The position numbers and the translations under genes were made by a program. Positions 30,701-39,973 of a DNA stretch of 64,000 bases are shown in pieces; positions within the stretch are counted from its first letter, which is position 1; each line of letters starts with the position of its first letter. The notes beneath the pieces are model-generated. The model was not told where the DNA came from. It saw only the letters and a list, made by a program, of their open reading frames with translations, and searched no databases. Origin of the DNA: Chloropicon primus. Taxonomy: Eukaryota. The stretch is from positions 558,001 through 622,000 of the forward strand of contig CP060754.1 in assembly GCA_023205875.1 (NCBI GenBank), read 5' to 3'.

Positions 30701-32596
30701 GGCGGAGTCCATGCGATCATGATCTTCGTCCTGAACACGCTGTTCAGAAAAGCTGCGATTGGACTCACTTGGGCGGAGAACCAAGCCACCCACGTCAAGT
30801 TCGAGAGGAGCTTGGCCATCAAGCTGGTCATCTTCATGTTCATCAACACGAATTTCGGGTTGTTCTACTTCGCGTTCTGGAAGAAAGACATCGATAAGAC
30901 CGCGATGCACCTGGCCTCTATTGTGGTCGTGACCCAGGTCTTGAAGTGCATGGGCGAGTTCGTTCTTCCGAAGTTCTCTTCTTCTTCCTCCAAGAAGATC
31001 AAGAAGAGCAGCAGCAAGGTGACCCCGTTGGAACCGGCCAAAGAGCTGGAGGACCCCGTGGCGTCCAACGAGGCGCAGAGGATCGCCCCAGGAAACATGC
31101 CCGAGACTTTCGGACAGAGCAGAATGGAGGTCGAGGCCAAGTTCTCTTCGACGGCTTGTGACTTCAGCGACATTGTCATCCAGTTTGGTCTGATCGTCTT
31201 CTGGGGAAGTGCCTGGCCTCTCGCCGCTTTCGTCATTTACCTGCTCAACCTAGTTCAGGTGAACATTGACGTCTGGAAGTACTGCACGTACTTGAAGAAG
31301 CCGTTCAGTGTCCGCATTGGTCACATCCCCCACTTCTGGCTGTACACCCTCGAGGGCCTCGCGGTCCTGGGTCTGGCAAACCAGTGCTTCATGCTGGGAA
31401 TCTCCACGAACACGATGGAAGAGTACTTCTTCCCTGGCATCTCGAGTTGGGAGCGCCTGCTCGCGGCCTTCTTGGCCGAGAACTTCTTTGCCCTTTGCTA
31501 CATCCTTCTGAGGCTCGTCATTCTGGGGAAGAAGCCCCTGTGGATCCAAAAGAAGAGGAGGGAGCCTCTCAGGTACGTCAGGGACGCCTACAGGGTAGGC
31601 TGCGAGCTGAGAGAGAGGATGCAGCAGAAGCTCCTGGTGAGCCCCGCCGCGAACCTCGAGGACATTTGCAGAATCAACGACATGGACGAGAGCACCGCAG
31701 AAAAGTATCTCATCATCGTGAGGTACCTTCAGTCCAGGAGTAGGGAGGAGAGGACCAAGCTCCTCTCCGACCCGACCCTGACGATCTCGTCGCTGCTGAT
31801 GAAGGTGACCTTCTCCACTAGGAGCGGAATGTGGGCCGACCCAGGCGAGCTCACCACGAGCATTGCCCTGCTGCAGCAAATCGTTCCGATCCGGGACCTG
31901 ACGCGGGCGTACAAGATGGGAAGGAGCCTGAGGGAGACCGCGTACGACATCTGGATCCAAAACGAGGACTCCATGTCCCCCCAGGAGGACTACAACGTCC
32001 TGATCGTCAGGCAGTTCTCCTGCATCAAGCACGACTGCACGTTTGAGCAGGCGCAGCGCTACTGCATGCTGGTGAGGTACATTGAGCAGTACCTGTCCGG
32101 CAACCCCTTCGAGGTGATCAGAAACCTCGAGGAGAAGTACCCCGAGGGGCTCCTGCAGGCTCTGACTGGCCTGGTCCAAGAGTACGGAAACGAGGACCGC
32201 GGGGAGCCTGTTCCTGGCAATTTGGGGACCGCCATCGAGCCGATCCCACTGGCTCGGGACGCGTTCCAGTTCGGCGACGTCATCCGAAGGAAGATGTTCG
32301 AGATCTGGATCACGAACAACTACCTGATACTGGAGGAGCTGATGGACAAGGCCGCTACCGAGCTAGGACTGGTGGTGCCGCAGGTGGAGAGGTACCTGAT
32401 GATCAAGAGGTACTGCGAGAGCTTGACGGAGGACGAGCGTCACGACGTCTTGAATGTAAAACAGATTGAAACGCTGCTCTTGACCAAGGAGATCTTGTCC
32501 AAGAGGTCGAGGGGATCCTGGAAGGACGAGGGAGAGAGGAGCTTCAAGGAGTACACACCTCCCGTTGTCACGAGCTCTTCCTTCTTGAGCCCATAG
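27713..32596 (+). CDS. EF-hand + ankyrin-repeat + anoctamin (TMEM16) multidomain protein, 1,627 aa
   Basis: EF-hand DRHGDGELDFVDF; about 9 ankyrin repeats (TPLHLAAQYGH, TPFLMACLHG, TPLHNAV); anoctamin motifs YFGHKIAFYFGFFSFY, LTWAEN, FYFAF, IQFGLIVFWGSAWPLA and RIGHI..W. Confidence 0.9.
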   Translation: MSFKNAAGKAAAERAIKSSIKDTFRAVKKPPKQLYEELLKQNDTKFSPEELERLFTAFSILSKDRLQRSQFTDLVTQEIGWSSALLRDQLFKAFDRHGDGELDFVDFCRGYSTFLRGSVLDLVEFAWNLYRIGESDTLSVEDITKVLEHAVGCLEEVRLKHGSHIGTVVDTRFPEKTASALVEKCIEKNTGYLSKLEFKRLILRERAFIDSLIPAFQFVQVDPLHHAAEIGDADECSHLIKVDAFDPDGKDASLFPVTPLHLAAQYGHIKVCEVLMELGANPRLHDGDGNCPLHLAVIHDRPDVVDLYIDRKLELQVPTSENQTAFHLCAMYPHSRAMATLISKLKINLDTFRDDLGNSPVHSAAVSNNWKMLQLALDNNKLGTSGINAQNELGETPFLMACLHGSSQTAMMLLKLGADPTLANNLGKNALHVAVERKGNEEVLALLLKDGRCQINTADSTGCTALNLCVKTTDLKMFKILIDAGASINTTEIGTGYTPLHNAVLADWLHGVEVLLSQPDCKLLKDVKGRSPLDYARHSRIAEVLRDYIVRLHPKYSPDYPVEFLYALIFYDGNWVLQNDGDLRNKRVFSGTTVSKRISDGRAKHGLVDKKSLKAKLLSVGLILLEELVYKQEYVGGLVKGNVKQFTVVRVGAPLYRLQQQAMKIRHPCKRTDVNMVEDFFVDDLSYPKTGFHDFTQAEKVKLILSIIQGVPNSQEYSHVKGATIDHDVPDNCGVSLPLYRDFKVIHDFQLMHNERSILNVMKYWKVSKAFSFGYVIRHLAEFIHESKDNKFQGLQALLEYFGHKIAFYFGFFSFYNSWLVAPAVVGIAVFGMQFIPSEYDSMIDTSNEVEQEFDDQYDHPLMFAYAFFIILWAPIFLCKWGRKQDELSHLWHVDKKDKPDQTPNPYANTLPRLVFADGTWQYRSNPTKSQKKFRFYHLIGRTIPAFLLAFGAVFGYLYGLTYLDEFLDEEESLHTKFNTPFQKRNWYGTFAYMGLGGVHAIMIFVLNTLFRKAAIGLTWAENQATHVKFERSLAIKLVIFMFINTNFGLFYFAFWKKDIDKTAMHLASIVVVTQVLKCMGEFVLPKFSSSSSKKIKKSSSKVTPLEPAKELEDPVASNEAQRIAPGNMPETFGQSRMEVEAKFSSTACDFSDIVIQFGLIVFWGSAWPLAAFVIYLLNLVQVNIDVWKYCTYLKKPFSVRIGHIPHFWLYTLEGLAVLGLANQCFMLGISTNTMEEYFFPGISSWERLLAAFLAENFFALCYILLRLVILGKKPLWIQKKRREPLRYVRDAYRVGCELRERMQQKLLVSPAANLEDICRINDMDESTAEKYLIIVRYLQSRSREERTKLLSDPTLTISSLLMKVTFSTRSGMWADPGELTTSIALLQQIVPIRDLTRAYKMGRSLRETAYDIWIQNEDSMSPQEDYNVLIVRQFSCIKHDCTFEQAQRYCMLVRYIEQYLSGNPFEVIRNLEEKYPEGLLQALTGLVQEYGNEDRGEPVPGNLGTAIEPIPLARDAFQFGDVIRRKMFEIWITNNYLILEELMDKAATELGLVVPQVERYLMIKRYCESLTEDERHDVLNVKQIETLLLTKEILSKRSRGSWKDEGERSFKEYTPPVVTSSSFLSP

Positions 32597-32808
32597 AATA
32601 ACAATTATATTGAAGAAGTTGTTCTTGTTGTATTTTTTCACATCGCGCAGAAGACACGGCGGTGCCTTCTTGTCCTCTCTTCCTTCCTCTTCCTTTGCGC
32701 GAAAGATCTGGCTGTCTACTTGCCTTTGGGGGAATCGGAATCGAGATCTCTCTAGTCTGACGTAGGGGGGCTGGGCTAGACACGGGGAGGCAACAACACC
32801 GAACGACG

Positions 32809-33724
32809 ATGAGAAACTTGACGCAGTTGACGAAGAAGCTGGTCAGCGGCCTTGGCGGGAGCCTCGTGACATCGCAGACCCAGGCGAGGGCCTTTAACAT
32901 GGTGCCCATGGTTTTGGAACGGTCCCAGGGCGGAGAAAGGGCTTTCGATTTGTACTCGAGGCTCCTCAAGGAGGGCATCGTCTTCGTCAACGGGCCCGTG
33001 AACGACCAGATGTCGTCCCTCGTTGTCGCGCAGCTCCTGTTCCTGGAGTCCGAGGGAACGAGCAAGCCGGTAGGTCACGAGCGCGCGCGCCGAACTTTTG
33101 CTCTTCCCCTCCCCGCGTGCCTGCCCTGTCGGAAGCCACAGTCCACTGACCCCGGAGTCCCTCGTTTTCTTTCTTTCCCCACGTGTCCGACGGGAAAACA
33201 GATCAACATGTACATTAACAGTCCCGGCGGCTCGGTCACGTCTGGCCTCGCTATCTATGACACCATGCAGTACATCGCGAACCCCATTCACACCTTGTGC
33301 GTCGGCCAAGCGTGCTCCATGGCTTCGGTATTGCTTTCCGCTGGCACCCCCGGGCAGAGGAGGGCGCTTCCGAACGCCAGGGTGATGATTCACCAGCCTT
33401 CCGGTGGGGCTCAGGGCCAGGCTACAGACATAGCGATCCGAGCGCAGGAGATACTTTCCCTGCGCGAACGCCTCAATCACATCTACGTGGAGCACACTCA
33501 TCAGGTGAGTGCACTCGAAAGTGCGGGGCGTGGTCCCAACCGACGATCGCAACGCGCCCTGACCTTGATTTGTTCTCTCGTACCCTTTCTTTTATCCTCT
33601 GCAGCCGCTTGCCGTGATTGAGGAGAGCGTGGAGCGAGACCACTTCATGAGCGCCGAGCAGGCCAGGGACTTTGGCATATTGGACGAGGTCATCCAAAAG
33701 AGACCCGAGCCGGTCGAGGAGTAG
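32809..33724 (+). CDS. CLPP: Mitochondrial ATP-dependent Clp protease proteolytic subunit; introns 33070-33201 and 33505-33604
   Basis: [26 protein letters not shown] and MIHQPSGG; last exon [18 protein letters not shown]. Confidence 0.95.
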
Positions 33725-33931
33725 CACACGTCTCTCCCCCCGTGGGGGAGGACGAGGAGGGGAGCATAAGATTTAAACCTGAAGTTGCTTTTGTACAAAT
33801 TTTTTCTCACCAAGACCCGGACCCGCTAAAGTCTCTCTGGCGCGCGCGTGGTGTGCATCCTGAACTGGTTAAATTGGTTCTAAATTACATAAGGAAGAGT
33901 TACAAAGGTCGACACCAGAACCGGGACGATC

Positions 33932-34484
33932 TCAGCGCGCCACGGGCGTGTTTGATCTCGTGCTCGAGGTTGACTGGTTGGAGCCTCGCCTCGCCTGGTT
34001 CATCCTAAAGCGACTCGCCGTGAAGTTCTGCTTGGTCGTGGCACCGAGGTACCCTCCGGTGAAGCCTGGAAGTTTCATAAATTGATTTTTGACCTGAGGA
34101 AACACGAAAGGGACGGAGTCTGTCAGTGTCAACGGAAGGGAGCACGACGGCCTGCAACACGGGCTCCGAAAAAGTGCTGAATCGAAGCCCACTTGGCCTG
34201 CTGCCCCGGAGACTCACCTCGTTCTCGACTTGCTTCATGGCAATCCCGCTGGTTCTATGGTGCCGCCCCCCGCTCTCGGTCGACGAATCCTTCTGGCTTA
34301 TGCCTTGAGAATGCATGAAGCCCACGGTGTTGGCGGACTCCCTCGGGTCCAAGCCCCGGCCGGAGTAGAACGAAGGGTACTTGGGGCTCTCCTCCAGGTG
34401 CGTGCCGTTGTACTCCTGCGGCCCAGCTCTCTTCGCGTCAGCCTTGTAGCGCGACAACACTTCGACCGTCTTCGCATCACTCAT
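33932..34484 (-). CDS. Hypothetical hydrophilic protein; intron 34094-34217
   Basis: GTGAGT donor, CTGAC branch and CAG acceptor join [21 protein letters not shown] in frame. TGTAA downstream on the minus strand (about 33886-33904). Confidence 0.55.
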
Positions 34485-34956
34485 TCTCTGTCTCTATGCG
34501 GTATTCCTTTCCCTCGTTCGTCCTCGCAGTGTCCCTCTTCAGTTGGACATCAGCTACAACTCGCTTGCTGAATTCTATTCCGTCCCTTCACAGGTCTTCC
34601 CCCCTTCCAGAGAGTCCAACCCCCAGTGGCAACACGCAAGCACGCGCCTTCCTCCCCTCGCCCCAAAGTTCCCTACTTTCTCTCCTCAAACCCCTCAACT
34701 CGTTCGCACACGAGCACAAGTCTCTCTCTCTCTCTTCTGCCTTTTCTCCAGTGCGAGCTCCACCAAGGTCTTCCTGGCTGATAGTCAACTCTCTCTCTCT
34801 CTCCTCACACTTTCCCATACGGAAATGTCATGGCCACTGAGGGGAGGGAAAAAAAGGCGGGAACGAACTCGGCCTCGAGGTCTCGAGGGAACTGAACTGA
34901 AGCCTGCCTCGCGGTTGTTGTTTGCTCGAGTGTGTCGCGCACGAGCGGGAGTGAAG

Positions 34957-36486
34957 ATGGGACCAAGTGCGGAACAGATGAACGCGGCGAGAAGAGGGTT
35001 CCAGATTGTAGTGGCCGCGACGCGCCAGCTCGGCATAGGGAAGAAGGGGAACCTTCCTTGGAAGCTTTCCGGAGACATGTTGTACTTCAAGAGGCTGACG
35101 CAAGAGACGAGGGAGGCCGGGAAGAGGAACGCGGTGGTGATGGGCAGGAACACGTGGGAGTCCATCCCGAAGAAGTTCAGGCCTCTGCCGGGGAGGCTGA
35201 ACGTGGTCCTCTCGAGGAGCGCGCAGAACAACGAGAACGTGAACTCCTTCAACACCAGCGCGCAAGGCCTCTTCGACGGGGAGAAGGGGAGTTCTGACGT
35301 GGCCGTCCACGGGAGCCTCGAGAGCGCCCTGGAGATGCTCGCCTCCCCGGACTTCAGGGACAGCATCGAGACAGTGTTCGTGATCGGGGGCGGCCAGGTG
35401 TACAAGGAGGCCCTGGAGTCCCCTCTCTGCGAGGCGGTCCACCTGACCGAGATTGATTCCGACTTCGAGTGCGACACTTTCTTCCCTTCCATCGACCCGA
35501 CCAAGTTCAGGATCTGGTCGTCGAGCCCGGCCAAGAGAGACAAGGAGTCCCAGTACAGTTTCCTGTGCTACTCTCGCTCGGGAAAAGTTGACCCGCCCGC
35601 GCTTCCTTCGGCGACGTGCTCCAAGCACGAGGAGTACCAGTACCTCGACATGATTGAGGACATCATCGAGAACGGGATGTACAGGGGGGACAGGACTGGG
35701 ACAGGGACGTTCTCGAAGTTCGGGTGCCAGATGAGGTTCGACTTGAGGCGCTCCTTTCCCTTGCTGACGACCAAGAGAGTCTTCTGGAGGGGCGTCGTGG
35801 AGGAGCTGCTTTGGTTCATGAGAGGGTCCACCAACGCAAAGCTCCTGCAGGAGAAGAACGTGAGGATCTGGGACGGTAACGGCTCGAGGGAGTACCTCGA
35901 CAGCATCGGTCTCACGGACAGGGAGGAGGGGGACCTCGGGCCCGTCTATGGCTTCCAGTGGAGGCACTTTGGGGCGGAGTACACCGACATGCACGCAGAC
36001 TACTCCGGGCAGGGCATCGACCAGCTGGCGGAGGTCATTCACAAGATCAAGAACAACCCGAACGACAGGAGGATCATTCTCACGGCATGGAACCCAAGCG
36101 CGCTGAAAGACATGGCCCTGCCTCCTTGCCACATGATGTGCCAGTTTTACGTCGCCAACGGGGAGCTCTCTTGCCAAATGTACCAGAGGTCCTGCGACCT
36201 TGGTTTGGGCGTGCCCTTCAACATTGCCTCTTACTCTCTCCTGACTTGCATCATCGCCCACGTCTGCGGTCTCAAGCCAGGCGACTTTGTGCACACTCTT
36301 GGGGACGCTCACGTGTACAGCAACCACGTGGAGCCGCTCAAGGAGCAGCTCCAGAACGAGCCGAGGCCGTTCCCCACGCTCTCCATCAACACCGACAACA
36401 AGGACATCGAGGCCTTCTCCTTCGAGGACTTTGAGCTTTCCGGCTACGAGCCTCACAAGAAGGTGGCGATGAAGATGGCCGTGTGA
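34957..36486 (+). CDS. DHFR-TS: Bifunctional dihydrofolate reductase-thymidylate synthase
   Basis: DHFR motifs [32 protein letters not shown] motifs [32 protein letters not shown]. Confidence 0.98.
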   Translation: MGPSAEQMNAARRGFQIVVAATRQLGIGKKGNLPWKLSGDMLYFKRLTQETREAGKRNAVVMGRNTWESIPKKFRPLPGRLNVVLSRSAQNNENVNSFNTSAQGLFDGEKGSSDVAVHGSLESALEMLASPDFRDSIETVFVIGGGQVYKEALESPLCEAVHLTEIDSDFECDTFFPSIDPTKFRIWSSSPAKRDKESQYSFLCYSRSGKVDPPALPSATCSKHEEYQYLDMIEDIIENGMYRGDRTGTGTFSKFGCQMRFDLRRSFPLLTTKRVFWRGVVEELLWFMRGSTNAKLLQEKNVRIWDGNGSREYLDSIGLTDREEGDLGPVYGFQWRHFGAEYTDMHADYSGQGIDQLAEVIHKIKNNPNDRRIILTAWNPSALKDMALPPCHMMCQFYVANGELSCQMYQRSCDLGLGVPFNIASYSLLTCIIAHVCGLKPGDFVHTLGDAHVYSNHVEPLKEQLQNEPRPFPTLSINTDNKDIEAFSFEDFELSGYEPHKKVAMKMAV

Positions 36487-36563
36487 AAGCCCCTTCCTTC
36501 GGGGAAACAACAACAAAAAAGTTAACGAACCTCCCGTGTTATATCTGCGTGTAACAAAAAGGC

Positions 36564-37105
36564 TTAGGCTTCCCCTTGTACCTTCACGGTCAGGCTTTCG
36601 CCGTACTCGACGTTGTAGTCGAACAGAGTCTTGTCTTCGTCGAGTTCAATGCAGCCGATGAACAGGCTCATGCTGCCAGGGTCGCCTTTGGTCCTGGGCG
36701 CCACCTCGACCTCCTTGATCGACGAGATCTTCCTGTGGAGCAGGTTCTCCCCCTCCACTCGAAACTCCTTCCCGTCAGGCCTGCGGAAGTGCAGGTGAGG
36801 GAAGATCGCCTCCCCCTCCGAGGTCACGGTGTCCCCGTCGCGGAGGCCGTTCTCCTCCACGCTCTTCTCGAGGTCGCAGGCTGTTCCGTCCTTGCGCGAA
36901 AGCCGACAGAAACGCAGCTGCCAAGGAGCGAGAGGTGAAACGAAGAAAACCTCGGTCAGCCACGGCGGGAACTGTCGGAGACTCGCGTCGAAAGCGGTGC
37001 AGCTCGTACCTTTGCGAGAGGAATGACCTCCTTCAGCGCATCTCCGGCGCCAACGTCCACGGGAACGAGCTTCCCGGTCCTCTTCTTCACCCGAAGAACC
37101 ACCAT
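36564..37105 (-). CDS. Small protein with two tandem ubiquitin-like domains; intron 36918-37009
   Basis: Domain 1 MVVLRVKKRTGKLVPVDV...DLEKSVEENGLRDGDTV. Domain 2 LHFRRPDGKEFRVE...IELDEDKTLFDYNVEYGESLTV. Each carries an LxxxKT/SLxxxxI/V-type UBL signature. Confidence 0.65.
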
Positions 37106-37327
37106 TCTGGCCGTTTTTAACGGCGGTTAGAAAAATGTGAAAAGACCTCTGCTGGCTTGTCCTTGGGGGGTCGTCGACGACCGTCATCTTGTCCTTGCGT
37201 CGTTGTTGAGGCGTTCGGGCGAGAGGAGAGTTTATTCGATTGCTATCATTGATCCATTAAATTTATTTCTACTTTACAGTTGGAGCGCCGATCCTTTGCC
37301 CCGCGCGCGGTTCCCTCGGGCCGCCGC

Positions 37328-38371
37328 TCAGGCGAGTTTGAAGTCCCTCGGAAGCGCAACCACGTGCTGGAAGGCGACGCTCCTGTTGGTGGAGTAACCA
37401 GGGTTGGTGGGGTCCTCGTCGTCGTCGAATGCCAGGGAGTAGGGCCCCCAAGCTCCGTTCTTCCCCTGCCAACGGGCAGTCTGGACCACAAAAGCCCTGT
37501 ACAACATGGTCGTGTCTGGAAACATCGCGAGTACGTACGATCCCTCCGGGAAGGCCTTTGAGCTCTTCTTCTCCTTTGGCTTGGGAAGCCTGATGACCTG
37601 CTTGGGCGACAGGTGGTGGATGCTGCTCGTTCCCCCGGCGTCCGCATCCTCGTCAAGTATTGTGTACGTTAAATGGTCTCCGCTTATGTTCATGACACGG
37701 CCCAAGATCCACTCGTCCGGAGCTCCAGCCCTGGATATCTTTGCCGCAACCTGGTCACCCTGCTTGACGTGACTGTCCTCCCTGGCACTCTGGGCCACGA
37801 CGCTCGCACTGGGGCGAACGTTGTCCCTGAAGGACGAAAAGAAAAGAAAAGAAAAAAAAACAAGTCAGTCACTCCACCAAACCTCTTTGTCTTCGAATTA
37901 GCCTCCTGACCAAGCTTACCTCTGCGCCAGGGCATCCGCCTGCTGCTGGTGCAGCTTGTTCAGCTCCTGCTCCGCCAGGCTGAGGGTTATCTCGCTCTCG
38001 AACTTGACCAGCTCCTCGTCCAAAAGTTCGATGTGCCCCCCCAGGAGGTCGTGCGCCGTGTTCGTGAGCTCCACCTTCTCGTTACCCAGCATGAGGAGGT
38101 TCCCCTGGACCGCGTCGAGCTCCTCCCTCAGGGCAGCGAGCTCCTTCTTCTGCTCGTCCGTGGCATTCCGCGACGTTTGGGGCGTGAACTCGAGGCACCT
38201 CGCCGTCAACTTCTCCGAGGTCTCCAGGAGCTCCTGCTCCCTCGCCGAGATGTCTTTGATGGTATGGAATATTCTACATACTTCCGCCGGCAGGCCGGAA
38301 ACGCCGTCAAGGTAGCTGTCCAGATAGATCTTCCCCGGAGGAGCCTCCCTCGTCTCGCCGGCCGCGGTCAT
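37328..38371 (-). CDS. SGF29: SGF29-like tandem Tudor protein with an ING-type N-terminal domain; intron 37827-37919
   Basis: N-terminus YLDSYLDGVSGLPAEVCRIFHTIKDI..EKVELTNTAHDLLGGHIELLDEEL. C-terminus GDQVAAK..EWIL..VLAMFPDTTMLYRA..YSLAFDDD. Confidence 0.85.
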
Positions 38372-38578
38372 TCCGCCTACCCTTCCCCTTCTCGCACGCG
38401 GGTCCACCTCCGCGCCAGAGTCAGAGTCAAAAAAGTGAGCGCGCGCGTTTGGATGCCTGGAAAATGAAATTAGATGAGAGCAAGGGAAGGGGGAGCTGGA
38501 GGTTCGGCAAGGGAAGGGGTATGATGAGTATAATACAAACAAGGGAAAGGGGGTGATATACCACGATTCCCCCACCTC

Positions 38579-39676
38579 CTACTTCTTCCTGTTGATTTTT
38601 CTCTGGATCTTCTTGGCTGCTCGCGAGGAAAGGAAAGAAGGAAAGTGAGTACAAAGGCCCGGGAACGTTCGAAGATTGGAGAGAGCAACCCTGTGACTTA
38701 CCTGTCCGCTCCTTGAGGTTGGTGGTCCTCTTCTTCTGCTTCTCGTCCCTCTTCGCCTTCTGATCCTCCTCGATGGTCTTCCACTTCTCGGACTTCTTCT
38801 CCTTCTGCTTCTTTTCTCTCTTGATGGCCTGTGAAACACGCGTTTTGGTGAGTCGACGGTGAGACAAAAGGTGACGCGGGAAAGGTTTTTCGCACCCCGT
38901 GGCCAAGGAGACAGCCAGGGGCGAGAGTGATTCCGTACCTTTTGGAGCTTCTTCGGGTCGTTGAAGACCTTCTTCCCCTCCGCCCTGTCGAAAGCGTCTC
39001 CCCAAGCCGCTTCGTTTCCCTTGTCCTCCGCAGCCTTCTCCTTCTTCTTCAAGGCTGCCTTGAGCAATGCCTGCTTGGTCTTCTTCCTCTGGCTCCTCTC
39101 GGCACCCGATGGCTCCTTGCCCCCCTGATACTTGACGTTGAACTCCACTTTCTGGAACTGAACGTCCTCCTCGTCGACGTCTGCTCCGCCTTTCCTGGCC
39201 TTGGCCCGCTTCGACTCCTTGAAGGCCTCCGCCTGCTTCTCTGTCGTAGACTTCGCATTCTCGGGGTCGAACTTATCGCGTTTTCGAAGCTTTCCCTCCC
39301 TAGCGGCCTGGGCGTTAAGCGGGGACCAGAGAGCGCAAGCAGGTGCGTCAGTACATGTCCCTCCAGCTCTTCGTCAAATCGAGACTTCCTCCTTACCTCC
39401 TGTTTCTTCTGAGCTTTCACGCTCTTGCTGTGCCAGAACTGGCTCCCCGTGTCTTGCACCTGCGAGAACCCAATCGAGTCGAAACGTCAGGACGAGGCGA
39501 GCGTCACAAAACAGGCCGCTAACCAAAGCGAGCCTTTCACAGACACCTCTCCGCATCGCAAGAGGCCTTACCTTTCCTGTATCGACGAAGTACTTTGCGG
39601 GAACCATCTCCGCGAGCCTGTCCAGGAATCGGCTGCAGTTCACGGTCTCCTCCCCCATCGACAACGACGTCGTCAT
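38579..39676 (-). CDS. SURF6: SURF6/RRP14 nucleolar protein; 4 introns (about 39460-39571, 39308-39396, 38830-38938, 38618-38701)
   Basis: Rrp14 N-terminus FLDRLAEMVPAKYF and KFDPENAKST; SURF6 core AWGDAFDRAEGKKVFNDPKKLQK|AIKREKKQKEKKSEKW. Confidence 0.85.
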
Positions 39677-39677
39677 C

Positions 39678-39712
<35 letters not shown>

Positions 39713-39973
39713 CTCGGTCTCCTCGACCGGGCCGCCTCTTCTACCTCTGGAGGTGGGCGAGGCGACGAACGAGGAGGCTATGGGTTGGTTGGGAAACAAA
39801 ACAAAAGCAGAGGCCACGGTGCGTGGAGGAGTGGGAGGGTGTCTGATGCTTCGGGATGCCGCTTGAAGGATCGAGCCATTTCCTTCTCTTCTCGACGGGG
39901 AACAGGACGGATCTGCTGTGATGTTGGGAGGGACTTGATTGAGGGGCAAGAGAGTGCTTGTGATCTAGAGGCC

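Noticed and set aside
34957..36486. DHFR-TS fusion as a novelty
   Set aside because: Standard in plants, green algae and many protists.
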